A stretch of 32,000 bases of DNA from Acinetobacter parvus DSM 16617 = CIP 108168 (GTDB lineage: Bacteria > Pseudomonadota > Gammaproteobacteria > Pseudomonadales > Moraxellaceae): the NCBI RefSeq assembly GCF_000368025.1, contig NZ_KB849212.1:1-32000 (forward strand). The letters run 5' to 3'. The stretch's first letter is position 1. Every line of letters starts with the position of its first letter. The notes under the pieces were generated by a model. It was given only the letters and a program-made list of their open reading frames with translations, did no database searches and was not told where the DNA came from. The position numbers and the translations under genes are program-made. Below, one piece after another: positions 1 to 6,729 of the stretch.

Positions 1-29
1 ATTTAACATAATTTTAAGTTATGCGACAT
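1..29 (-). other. dif-like XerC/XerD site (left prophage junction)
   Basis: Reverse complement reads ATGTCGCATAA-CTTAAAA-TTATGTTAAAT. XerD arm matches 11/11 and XerC arm 10/11 versus the dif at 7826..7853. The spacer is 7 nt and unrelated to TGTATA. Orientation is the same as the right-hand dif. Confidence 0.6.
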
Positions 30-42
30 TCTGTACGCCTAC

Positions 43-95
43 GCGCTTTGCAATGGGGCGGAGCGAGGGCTCGCAGCTCGACCATTGCAAAGCGC
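43..95. repeat. GC-rich hairpin with a perfect 14-bp stem (candidate ssDNA structural element of the phage)
   Basis: GCGCTTTGCAATGG (43..56) pairs with CCATTGCAAAGCGC (82..95) around a 25-nt GC-rich loop. The surrounding DNA is AT-rich, and the hairpin lies next to the attachment site. Confidence 0.75.
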
Positions 96-107
96 AAATC
101 TTGCAAA

Positions 108-133
108 AAGTCCACGTTCTCTGGAGTGGACTT
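108..133 (-). terminator. Putative rho-independent terminator for the 158..580 gene
   Basis: 8-bp stem AAGTCCAC/GTGGACTT with a 10-nt loop. On the minus strand it is followed by a TTTTT-containing tail. It lies 25 nt downstream of the stop at 158. Confidence 0.5.
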
Positions 134-157
134 AAGTCTCATATTCGAGACATCTAT

Positions 158-580
158 TTATAATTTTAATGATATTTTATCTTCTTTAATGGATTGACTA
201 GATAGTAAAGCTTTATACAAAAATAATGGCAATCCATCTTCCATGTCTTTGCTTTTAATTGATTTTGTTCCATCTCTGTATTCAAATATCGCAATAGGGT
301 AGTTGTCTTGATCTGCTATGTAGAATCTTTTATCTTTTACGATAACTTTTTCGTTGGTGAATTCATGTTGTAGCATTCTCATAAACTTACTTTCATTGGG
401 TGATAGTAAGTTGAGTTGCCTTATTCGATCTGCATCTGTTTCATAGCGGATTTTTGCTTTTTGCCTTTCTGTATAATTTATTATTTTTCTTTTTTTGGCT
501 TCTGGCATTTCTTTCTTTTTATTGATACCAATGAAATAGCCAATGGCTATTCCAATGATTAAAAATATGATTTGGCTCAT
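158..580 (-). CDS. Membrane-anchored small protein with a DUF2726-like (restriction-endonuclease-fold-like) C-terminal region; prophage accessory gene
   Basis: ATG start preceded by AAGGAAG. N-terminal TM helix IIFLIIGIAIGYFIGI followed by a basic stretch. LLSPNESKFMRMLQ...FYIADQDNYPIAIFEYRDG...DGLPLFLY resembles the DUF2726 pattern as I recall it (LTxxExxFyxxL...DFvlcD...pvlaIELDD...GlPllr). Confidence 0.6.
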   Translation of the reverse strand: MSQIIFLIIGIAIGYFIGINKKKEMPEAKKRKIINYTERQKAKIRYETDADRIRQLNLLSPNESKFMRMLQHEFTNEKVIVKDKRFYIADQDNYPIAIFEYRDGTKSIKSKDMEDGLPLFLYKALLSSQSIKEDKISLKL

Positions 581-614
581 CTTCTTCCTTAATAGTCAGG
601 ATCAATATTTATTA

Positions 615-821
615 TTAGTCGGCTTTTTTTATTTCTTCGATATATTTTGTTACATCTTTTGCAGTTATTTCTTTTAAGTGTTTATAAATTAAAGCATTTA
701 TTACATCAGCTTCCTCAATTCTTTCCTTTTTTTCGATAATAAAGTCTAGTGATTTTTCTTTTATTGCTTCCACAAATTCCCCTCTAATTCTATAAGTTTT
801 TGATAAGTCTGATTTTTTCAT
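615..821 (-). CDS. Small phage repressor candidate (ribbon-helix-helix-like), divergent from the replication operon
   Basis: The ATG at 821 has an AGGAA RBS 5-6 nt upstream; the track start at 836 is TTG. The 68-aa product begins KKSDLSKTYRIRGEFVEAIKEK (beta-strand then helix, as in RHH folds). Its position and orientation match rstR of CTXphi. Confidence 0.55.
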   Translation of the reverse strand: MKKSDLSKTYRIRGEFVEAIKEKSLDFIIEKKERIEEADVINALIYKHLKEITAKDVTKYIEEIKKAD

Positions 822-952
822 GTGATTTCCTAACAATGTTTAATGCAACAGCATTATTGTGTCACACGTTGCTTTGTTACGTGCAATTCTGTTATCTTTC
901 TGTCAATTTGTTGCGTGTGATGTTGTTGCATGTAAATATTTGATATTTCAAG
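822..952. promoter_or_regulatory. Divergent promoter/operator region between the repressor and the replication operon
   Basis: 131-bp AT-rich intergenic region with repeated TGTTGC/GCAACA motifs. TGCAACA (844..850) is inverted at TGTTGCA (924..930). TCACACG (about 863..869) is inverted at CGTGTGA (about 914..920). TGTTGC is directly repeated at 909..914 and 924..929. Confidence 0.45.
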
Positions 953-1141
953 ATGGGGCATAACATGAATAAAGAACAAGCTTTAGCTCGGATTGAAAGT
1001 TATTTTGTGGCGCATGGTATTTCTACAATGCCAGATTACTACAAGGGGATTATTGCAGGCTTTCTATCTGCCTGTTCTCTTACTGATGTATTCAGTGATG
1101 ATGAATTGGTTGCTTTGCAAGATCGTCTTGATAGTCTCTAA
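953..1141 (+). CDS. Hypothetical small phage protein upstream of Rep
   Basis: 62-aa ORF (alternative ATG at 965). Its stop lies 2 nt before the Rep ATG at 1144, which suggests translational coupling. No recognisable motifs. Confidence 0.5.
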   Translation: MGHNMNKEQALARIESYFVAHGISTMPDYYKGIIAGFLSACSLTDVFSDDELVALQDRLDSL

Positions 1142-1143
1142 TC

Positions 1144-2622
1144 ATGCTAGACAAAATTGTAATGTGGATACCTGTCAAGACTGATCTTGTTGAATTAACA
1201 AGCGACGGTAGACACTGCATTATTTGTTTTGACCTGCTTGACCTGAATCTTAAAGTTGGCTCTTACGATGTATACAAGGATGAAGATGGGAATGTAAAAA
1301 CTCAAATCCTGCATCATGTCTGGTCAAAAATCCCCACCTCTCATACTGCCATGTCATTCAAGCTGTTCCATGATGTTCCTGGGCATCCGTATGTGGAACT
1401 GAAATGTTCACCTGCCAAGATCATGCAAGGGCATAACGTATACGGCACTGACTGGATAGAAGAGGGTGCTTTGGAAATGTTGGGCTTCTTGGCTCAATCA
1501 AACCCTGCGCTTTATGACATCCTCGATGTCGGCATGACTGAGGTTAAGCAACTCGACGCAACCTACTCATTCCGTTTTCGTGATGACCGAGAAGCTGAAA
1601 AGGTTCTGGCCTTGATGCGGAATGTCTCAACACAGCACATCCGCAAATCCACCAAAGATGCCATGTTCAAGAATACGCTGTATTTCGGTTCTGAACGTTG
1701 CAAGCGTTTTGCCCGTAAAGTGTATGTGAAGTCCAATGAGTTCCACGAACAATTACAGGAACAAATCAAGCTTGCCAAGGCAAATGACAAATGTGCCCAG
1801 CGTGTCGTTAAGGTCATGTCCGATCCTGAACTACAGGCCTTTGCACGTGGTCTATTAAGATTTGAAACAGGCATCAAAGCCTACGTTATGAAAGAACTCG
1901 ATATCCCAACTAATTTATTCCAGCTTATCCGTTACCAAAAATCCAATCCCAATTTTTTACAAGACATCTGGCTTAAAGCAAATCGTCAATTATTCCAAGC
2001 ATTTGAGGGTACAAACATGAAAGTATCTGACCATGAAACTGTATTTAAAAATATTCTTGCCGTTCACCAAACCGTATCCACTGAAAAGAAAATCTGTACA
2101 AGAAAGGTCGATGAACTCATGGAGTTTTACCTCCTACTGGAGAGCATTGGCCACAATGAAACCAAAAAGAAATATACCCACAAGCGTTTCCTCAACCTTG
2201 CAGCGGACCTGATTGATGCGGGCTTTAGTGGCACATACCTCCAGCGCCTACATGAGAAGCCGTCACAGAACTTTTCCCGTTTTGACGTCTATATCCAGAT
2301 ATTCAAGGCTTTCAGGAAAGAAATCCCTGCGGGCACGGTGTCAGACCGTAAGGCTCGGAATATCGAGCGTTTCTACTATGACATTGAAAAATTTGGCTTT
2401 GATGAAATGCGAACTAAATATAGCAAAGCTCAATTCTGTAAATTGGTAGCAGCTTTAGAAAAGTGTGGTTATTCAAAAGTTTATATCCAAAACCTACATG
2501 TCCAGTCAAGCAACAACGTTATCCCATTTATCAAAATGTTCGAAATGAAATTTGAAGATCAGCTACCGCCAAACTTTATCGAACCCGTTTCAACGTTCAG
2601 TTATCAACTACGTACCGCATAA
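1144..2622 (+). CDS. Filamentous-phage rolling-circle replication initiator (gene II/X, Phage_CRI/RstA-like family)
   Basis: 492 aa. The N-terminus MLDKIVMWIPV and the motif ELKCSPAKIMQGHNVYG match my recollection of the gene II/X family signature (sPaKxxqGHNvfG). Position immediately upstream of the ssDNA-binding protein and coat genes. Confidence 0.8.
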   Translation: MLDKIVMWIPVKTDLVELTSDGRHCIICFDLLDLNLKVGSYDVYKDEDGNVKTQILHHVWSKIPTSHTAMSFKLFHDVPGHPYVELKCSPAKIMQGHNVYGTDWIEEGALEMLGFLAQSNPALYDILDVGMTEVKQLDATYSFRFRDDREAEKVLALMRNVSTQHIRKSTKDAMFKNTLYFGSERCKRFARKVYVKSNEFHEQLQEQIKLAKANDKCAQRVVKVMSDPELQAFARGLLRFETGIKAYVMKELDIPTNLFQLIRYQKSNPNFLQDIWLKANRQLFQAFEGTNMKVSDHETVFKNILAVHQTVSTEKKICTRKVDELMEFYLLLESIGHNETKKKYTHKRFLNLAADLIDAGFSGTYLQRLHEKPSQNFSRFDVYIQIFKAFRKEIPAGTVSDRKARNIERFYYDIEKFGFDEMRTKYSKAQFCKLVAALEKCGYSKVYIQNLHVQSSNNVIPFIKMFEMKFEDQLPPNFIEPVSTFSYQLRTA

Positions 2623-2632
2623 GGTGAATACC

Positions 2633-2950
2633 ATGTCTCAATTAATCTTTAAAGCAAAACTACTCGATATCCTAACCTCAGTGGGTGACAAGGGCGAACT
2701 CAAGATGCGTCTTGTTTTCAAGTCCCAAAAATATGATAAGGGTTTGGATGAAATTGTCCCTTGTTCTCAAAATGTCTCTGTTATTTCAGATCATCATCAT
2801 ATGAAAGACTTTTACATGTCATTCAAAGGTCGTGAAATCTATCTGCCAGTTGAGTTATCAACCCAAATGAATGGCATGAACATATTTTATAAAACCACTG
2901 GAGATGGCAAGCCTCTCCAGTTGGAAGAAAAAGCGGTTAAAGCTGCATAA
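2633..2950 (+). CDS. ssDNA-binding protein (gene V / RstB analogue)
   Basis: In-frame ATG at 2633 with an AAGGTG RBS 6 nt upstream. About 105 aa with beta-rich composition. Canonical position between Rep and the coat genes. The longer track ORF (2552) overlaps Rep and is less likely. Confidence 0.65.
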   Translation: MSQLIFKAKLLDILTSVGDKGELKMRLVFKSQKYDKGLDEIVPCSQNVSVISDHHHMKDFYMSFKGREIYLPVELSTQMNGMNIFYKTTGDGKPLQLEEKAVKAA

Positions 2951-2962
2951 GGAATCTAAGAA

Positions 2963-3139
2963 ATGGCACTGGTTTGCAATCAACTCGACTCGACAACTAA
3001 CCAGTGCCTTGAATGGGTAGAAATGCCCACTGTGCTGCCGAAGCTCACACTAGTAGAGGGTAATACCATTGGTTTTGCTTGTCTAATGGTGTTTGCAACG
3101 GTCTTTGTAATCAAGAAGTGCATCAAAGCACTACATTAA
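2963..3139 (+). CDS. Small hydrophobic protein, candidate minor coat protein (pVII/pIX-like); absent from the ORF track (58 aa)
   Basis: My translation is MALVCNQLDSTTNQCLEWVEMPTVLPKLTLVEGNTIGFACLMVFATVFVIKKCIKALH. It has a C-terminal TM segment followed by basic residues. AAGGA lies upstream. The ORF fills the gap between the ssDNA-binding protein and major coat genes. Confidence 0.5.
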   Translation: MALVCNQLDSTTNQCLEWVEMPTVLPKLTLVEGNTIGFACLMVFATVFVIKKCIKALH

Positions 3140-3151
3140 AAGGAGTCCATC

Positions 3152-3421
3152 ATGGACAAATTAACCCAAGATCAAGTAAATGAAGCAATGAACAAAACCT
3201 ATGGCAACCCTGCTGCTTTTGCTGCTGCTGTGAAGAAATATGGCTTTGGTATTGCTGTATCTGCTGCGCTTATGAGCAACGCTAATGCTGCACCAATTGA
3301 CGTTACATCAGTGGTTGGAACCATCACAGATGGCGTGACAACTGTAAGCTCTATTGGGCTTGCTGTGCTGTCTTTAGTTGTAGTTATCAAAGTGTTCAAG
3401 TGGGCACGATCAGCAATGTAA
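3152..3421 (+). CDS. Major coat protein (pVIII/Cep-like)
   Basis: AGGAG RBS 6 nt upstream. Signal-peptide-like ...AVSAALMSNANA then APIDVTS. Acidic N-terminus, hydrophobic IGLAVLSLVVVI and basic C-terminus KVFKWARSAM, which is the classic inovirus coat layout. Followed by a strong terminator. Confidence 0.85.
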   Translation: MDKLTQDQVNEAMNKTYGNPAAFAAAVKKYGFGIAVSAALMSNANAAPIDVTSVVGTITDGVTTVSSIGLAVLSLVVVIKVFKWARSAM

Positions 3422-3426
3422 TAACG

Positions 3427-3455
3427 ATGCCCTCGTTTGAGGGCATTTCTTTTTA
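3427..3455 (+). terminator. Rho-independent terminator after the major coat gene
   Basis: ATGCCCTC-GTTT-GAGGGCAT followed by TTCTTTTT. Attenuation after gene VIII is typical of inoviruses. Confidence 0.85.
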
Positions 3456-3496
3456 ACTGGGTGAAATATGGACATAGAAAGTTTAGGGGCATATAT

Positions 3497-4774
3497 ATGC
3501 ATAATCATGTGGCTAATCGTGGGCGCAAGGCTCTTTTAAAACAAATCTTCTCTGTATTTCTTATATTTACGCTTTACTTCAATTGTTTTAATTCTGCTTA
3601 TGCTGCTGGTGGTTTTGCTCCTTGGTCTATTACAAATACAGTTGTTCAAGGTGCTTCTACAGTGCTGACAGGTACGAAAGAAGTCATTTTGAATGGTGCA
3701 AAAAAAATAGCTACTGGTACAGCAAAGATTACACCTACGGCTGCTCAGGTCTCGAAAGTACTAGCGCGTGGCGCTGCTGGTTATGCTTTATCAGTAGCAG
3801 TGCAACAATTGCTTGGCGCTGTTGATTGGGTTCTTGATCCTGCGAATAATCGAATTACTTACGTTGATCCTAACGTAAAAAGTCCTGCTGATAAATATTG
3901 TCAAGAACAAGCTGCAATTAAGTACGGTGCTGGTAGTGAATGGGCGAAAAAAGCTGTTTATGCTAAAGTTGGTCTTTATGCTGGTTATTGTATTTTATCT
4001 GATAATCCAAATTTTCCTTTATTCCCAGCTGGGACTCAAAATACTACTATTCCTGAAGAAGATAGAAAATCAATTCCTTTAGATACTGTTGCTCAACAGG
4101 TTATTTCTAATGCTGAAAATGGAGATACTAACGCACAAGTAGCAACAACTGCTGCTGCTGCTGACATTATCAATGATGCTCAAACAGACAATACAAAAGC
4201 CCGTCCTATTATCAATCAACTTGAAAATACGCAATCTATTCCTACAGATCAGACAGCAAAAGGTGATGCTGTACCTAAAGAAAATGCGAATACTGAAAAT
4301 CCCAGCTCGTCGGTAGCTGCCCCTGCAACAGATTTAACTTTAGATTTTCCGATTTTCTGTGACTGGGCGCCAAGTATTTGTCAAGCTGCTAAATGGGTCA
4401 TTACACAGCCACAAGTATGGGCTGATGCTGTTACAGATTCTTGGGACTGGACTAAAACAAAATATGAAGCTGCTGTGACATCAATTACAGACTTCTTTAA
4501 AAATGAACCTAATCCTGATTCTGATAATAGTCTGCCAGTCCAAGACATACCTTTGCCAGAACTAAATACGGGCACATTTAAAGCAACTGCAGGCTGTCCT
4601 GCACCTATTCCCATAAATATCACAATTGGCACAAAAGGTACTGGATCAATTAGTTATGAACCTATTTGTCAGTTTGCTTCGAAATGGTCTTTTGTTGCTC
4701 CGCTAATAGGCTTTCTATCAGGTGCAATGATTCTTGTTGGGGTTGGCCGTAAAGGTGAGGATTCAGAGATATGA
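3497..4774 (+). CDS. Minor coat / receptor-binding adsorption protein (pIII/OrfU-like)
   Basis: The ATG at 3497 gives an N-terminal signal peptide (FSVFLIFTLYFNCFNSAYA then AGG). About 425 aa, Ala/Thr-rich with low-complexity linkers. C-terminal membrane anchor FVAPLIGFLSGAMILVGVG. Position after the major coat gene. Confidence 0.7.
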   Translation: MHNHVANRGRKALLKQIFSVFLIFTLYFNCFNSAYAAGGFAPWSITNTVVQGASTVLTGTKEVILNGAKKIATGTAKITPTAAQVSKVLARGAAGYALSVAVQQLLGAVDWVLDPANNRITYVDPNVKSPADKYCQEQAAIKYGAGSEWAKKAVYAKVGLYAGYCILSDNPNFPLFPAGTQNTTIPEEDRKSIPLDTVAQQVISNAENGDTNAQVATTAAAADIINDAQTDNTKARPIINQLENTQSIPTDQTAKGDAVPKENANTENPSSSVAAPATDLTLDFPIFCDWAPSICQAAKWVITQPQVWADAVTDSWDWTKTKYEAAVTSITDFFKNEPNPDSDNSLPVQDIPLPELNTGTFKATAGCPAPIPINITIGTKGTGSISYEPICQFASKWSFVAPLIGFLSGAMILVGVGRKGEDSEI

Positions 4775-5061
4775 GCTTGAAATCAATACTTGTATCTGTC
4801 GCAGATGCAACATTATCAAAAACAGGAAAATCACTTTTAAAGGGTTTGGGTTTAGGGGTGTTTTCTAGTGCTGTTGTACTCACTTTGTTTAATCAATTGA
4901 TTTCTTACGCTCAAACTGAGTGGGGCAAAATGTCTGCTGACGTATTGCAGATACTTGCCCTGGGCAATATTGACTACGGGCTGTCAATCATTGTTGGGGC
5001 ATGTGTTCTCAAGGTTACATTGATGATTAACAAGGTCTCTTTAGGAAAGGCATCAAGCTAA
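4771..5061 (+). CDS. Minor coat protein (pVI/Ace-like)
   Basis: ATGA overlap with the upstream stop. 96 aa with two or three hydrophobic helices. TAATG overlap with the zot start. Confidence 0.7.
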   Translation: MSLKSILVSVADATLSKTGKSLLKGLGLGVFSSAVVLTLFNQLISYAQTEWGKMSADVLQILALGNIDYGLSIIVGACVLKVTLMINKVSLGKASS

Positions 5062-6269
5062 TGGCTATTTATTTAATTGTTGGGCAGCCACGACACGGAA
5101 AAAGCCAATTTGCTGCTAAAATGGCTTATGAATATCACGAAAAAAACATTGAGATTCAAAAACGTATAGATTCTGGAAAGTTTAATCCTGAAACGGACAT
5201 TGTGCGACAAATTTACTCAGATATTGAGGGTCATGCAGAAAAGTGTGACTTTATAAAACTTGCACCAAAAGATTGGCGTGATGTTCCTGATAATTCCATT
5301 ATTTTTATGGATGAAATACATAAAAGGCCTGAATATACTGATAATGATGGCAAAATGTCTCAAAATCCCATGATTGTTGATTTAACAACGCATGGGCATC
5401 AAAATAAAGACATTATCTTGATGACTCAAGACCCACAAAGACTAAACAAGGGTATTAGAGCATTAGTTGAAAAAATGTACTTGGTTAAACGACCAGTTCA
5501 AAAACCTAATTTTGCTACTATCTATGAATTTGAAAGATGGCTTCGTGATCCGTGGCAAGCTGCTGCATCAACACGTACTGTTAATTATCAGGACAGCTAT
5601 AAATTCTTCTATAAGAAAAAATGGCAAGACATGTACACCAGTGCATCTGCTCATACTTCAGTACAGTTCAAAATACAAAGTAAGTTCATTTACGCAATCA
5701 TTGCCATTGTGGTTTTAATGTCTGCGTCATGGTTTCTGTTTACAAAGTCGGGCGGTGACAAGCTCGCACGTAATGCCATAGGTGGCATGACAGGGCAAAA
5801 ACCTACTGAAGAAAATAAAAGTCAATCGACTCAGAGTACGCAATCTGTCCCCAGTGGTACCCAGAATTTAGATACAGAATGCAGAAAAGGCGCAAATGTT
5901 GAAAAACCTGAATGTGTAAAATGGTTTGATCAGATTACCAAAAATGGTTCTTCGGTTTCCCCTGGGGAGAATGGCCATACAACTGTTGCATATAATCCAG
6001 CTCAACCGTTTGATAATGACATACAAAACCATGTTTCTTATGAAGTTACGGCAAAACCATTATTTAGTGGTTGTATGAAAACAGGTAGTAAATATCAAGC
6101 ATATACACAACAAGGGACAAAACTTGATGTATCACAAGCCGACTGTCAGCGTCTCATTGAGAACAACGACAGACCTTTTAATTACTTTGTCAATAATCGG
6201 ACTGATATGTCGAGTACAGAGATGCAGCGAAGCGAAGTTTCTACACAGACAAACCAGCCGACCCTTTAA
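5061..6269 (+). CDS. Zot/pI-family phage assembly ATPase
   Basis: Walker A GQPRHGKS at the N-terminus, Walker B IIFMDEIH, central TM helix FIYAIIAIVVLMSASWFLF, periplasmic C-terminal domain. Canonical gene order. Confidence 0.85.
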   Translation: MAIYLIVGQPRHGKSQFAAKMAYEYHEKNIEIQKRIDSGKFNPETDIVRQIYSDIEGHAEKCDFIKLAPKDWRDVPDNSIIFMDEIHKRPEYTDNDGKMSQNPMIVDLTTHGHQNKDIILMTQDPQRLNKGIRALVEKMYLVKRPVQKPNFATIYEFERWLRDPWQAAASTRTVNYQDSYKFFYKKKWQDMYTSASAHTSVQFKIQSKFIYAIIAIVVLMSASWFLFTKSGGDKLARNAIGGMTGQKPTEENKSQSTQSTQSVPSGTQNLDTECRKGANVEKPECVKWFDQITKNGSSVSPGENGHTTVAYNPAQPFDNDIQNHVSYEVTAKPLFSGCMKTGSKYQAYTQQGTKLDVSQADCQRLIENNDRPFNYFVNNRTDMSSTEMQRSEVSTQTNQPTL

Positions 6270-6295
6270 GATTTCCCGCAACGATGTACAACCCG

Positions 6296-6316
6296 GGGCG
6301 ATCAACGCCCTTTTTT
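6296..6316 (+). terminator. Rho-independent terminator after zot
   Basis: GGGCG-ATCAA-CGCCC followed by TTTTTT. Confidence 0.6.
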
Positions 6317-6610
6317 ATTGCCATTGCAAAAATAGGGCAGAGATCATTAATTCAAAAACACGATAAAAAATAAATAATGATAGAAATAAAATGTTTGACA
6401 ATCTTATTACGACAAATAATGACGTTACAAGATCAAATATTCATCATAAGCAAAACATGTGCCAATAGTGTTTTGTCAATATATATTGTGTATTTTAAGA
6501 TGAAAGGTTATTTCACGCCTTGCCACAATTCATCAAAATCATGCTCTATGCCTCGTTGCGTATGATCTTGGCATGGCGTTATTGGTTCTTGCTGCGAGAA
6601 TTATATTTAT

Positions 6611-6632
6611 GGCTATTCGGAATAAGGTGTGG
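6611..6632. repeat. Left terminal inverted repeat of the cassette
   Basis: GGCTATTCGGAATAAGGTGTGG. Its reverse complement, CCACACCTTATTCCGAATAGCC, matches 7349..7370 except at one base. Confidence 0.85.
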
Positions 6633-6675
6633 AAACTGCCATTTGTTGGTAATTCAAAATAATTCCAATTAACTC

Positions 6676-6704
6676 TTGTTTTGTGAGCGGTCACACTTTA
6701 TAAT
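6676..6704 (+). promoter_or_regulatory. Sigma70-type promoter with an operator palindrome in the spacer
   Basis: -35 TTGTTT (6676..6681), a 17-nt spacer and a consensus -10 TATAAT (6699..6704). The spacer contains TGTGA-GCGG-TCACA (6683..6696). The promoter lies about 25 nt upstream of the GGAG RBS of the 6730 gene. Confidence 0.65.
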
Positions 6705-6729
6705 TAACACATAGACAAGGAGATTGATA

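Noticed and set aside
993-6565. Alternative-frame and antisense ORFs inside the prophage: 993..1184, 1563..1877, 2213..2449, 3199..3492, 3622..3825, 4381..4632, 4662..4883, 5467..5718, 6124..6366 and 6377..6565.
   Set aside because: Each is nested in or antisense to a better-supported phage gene, or lies in AT-rich non-coding DNA (6377..6565). They lack an RBS and have skewed, low-complexity composition.
6683-6696. TGTGA-N4-TCACA read as a CRP/cAMP binding site.
   Set aside because: The CRP consensus has a 6-nt spacer (TGTGA-N6-TCACA). With N4 and a position inside the promoter spacer, a dedicated repressor operator is more plausible.
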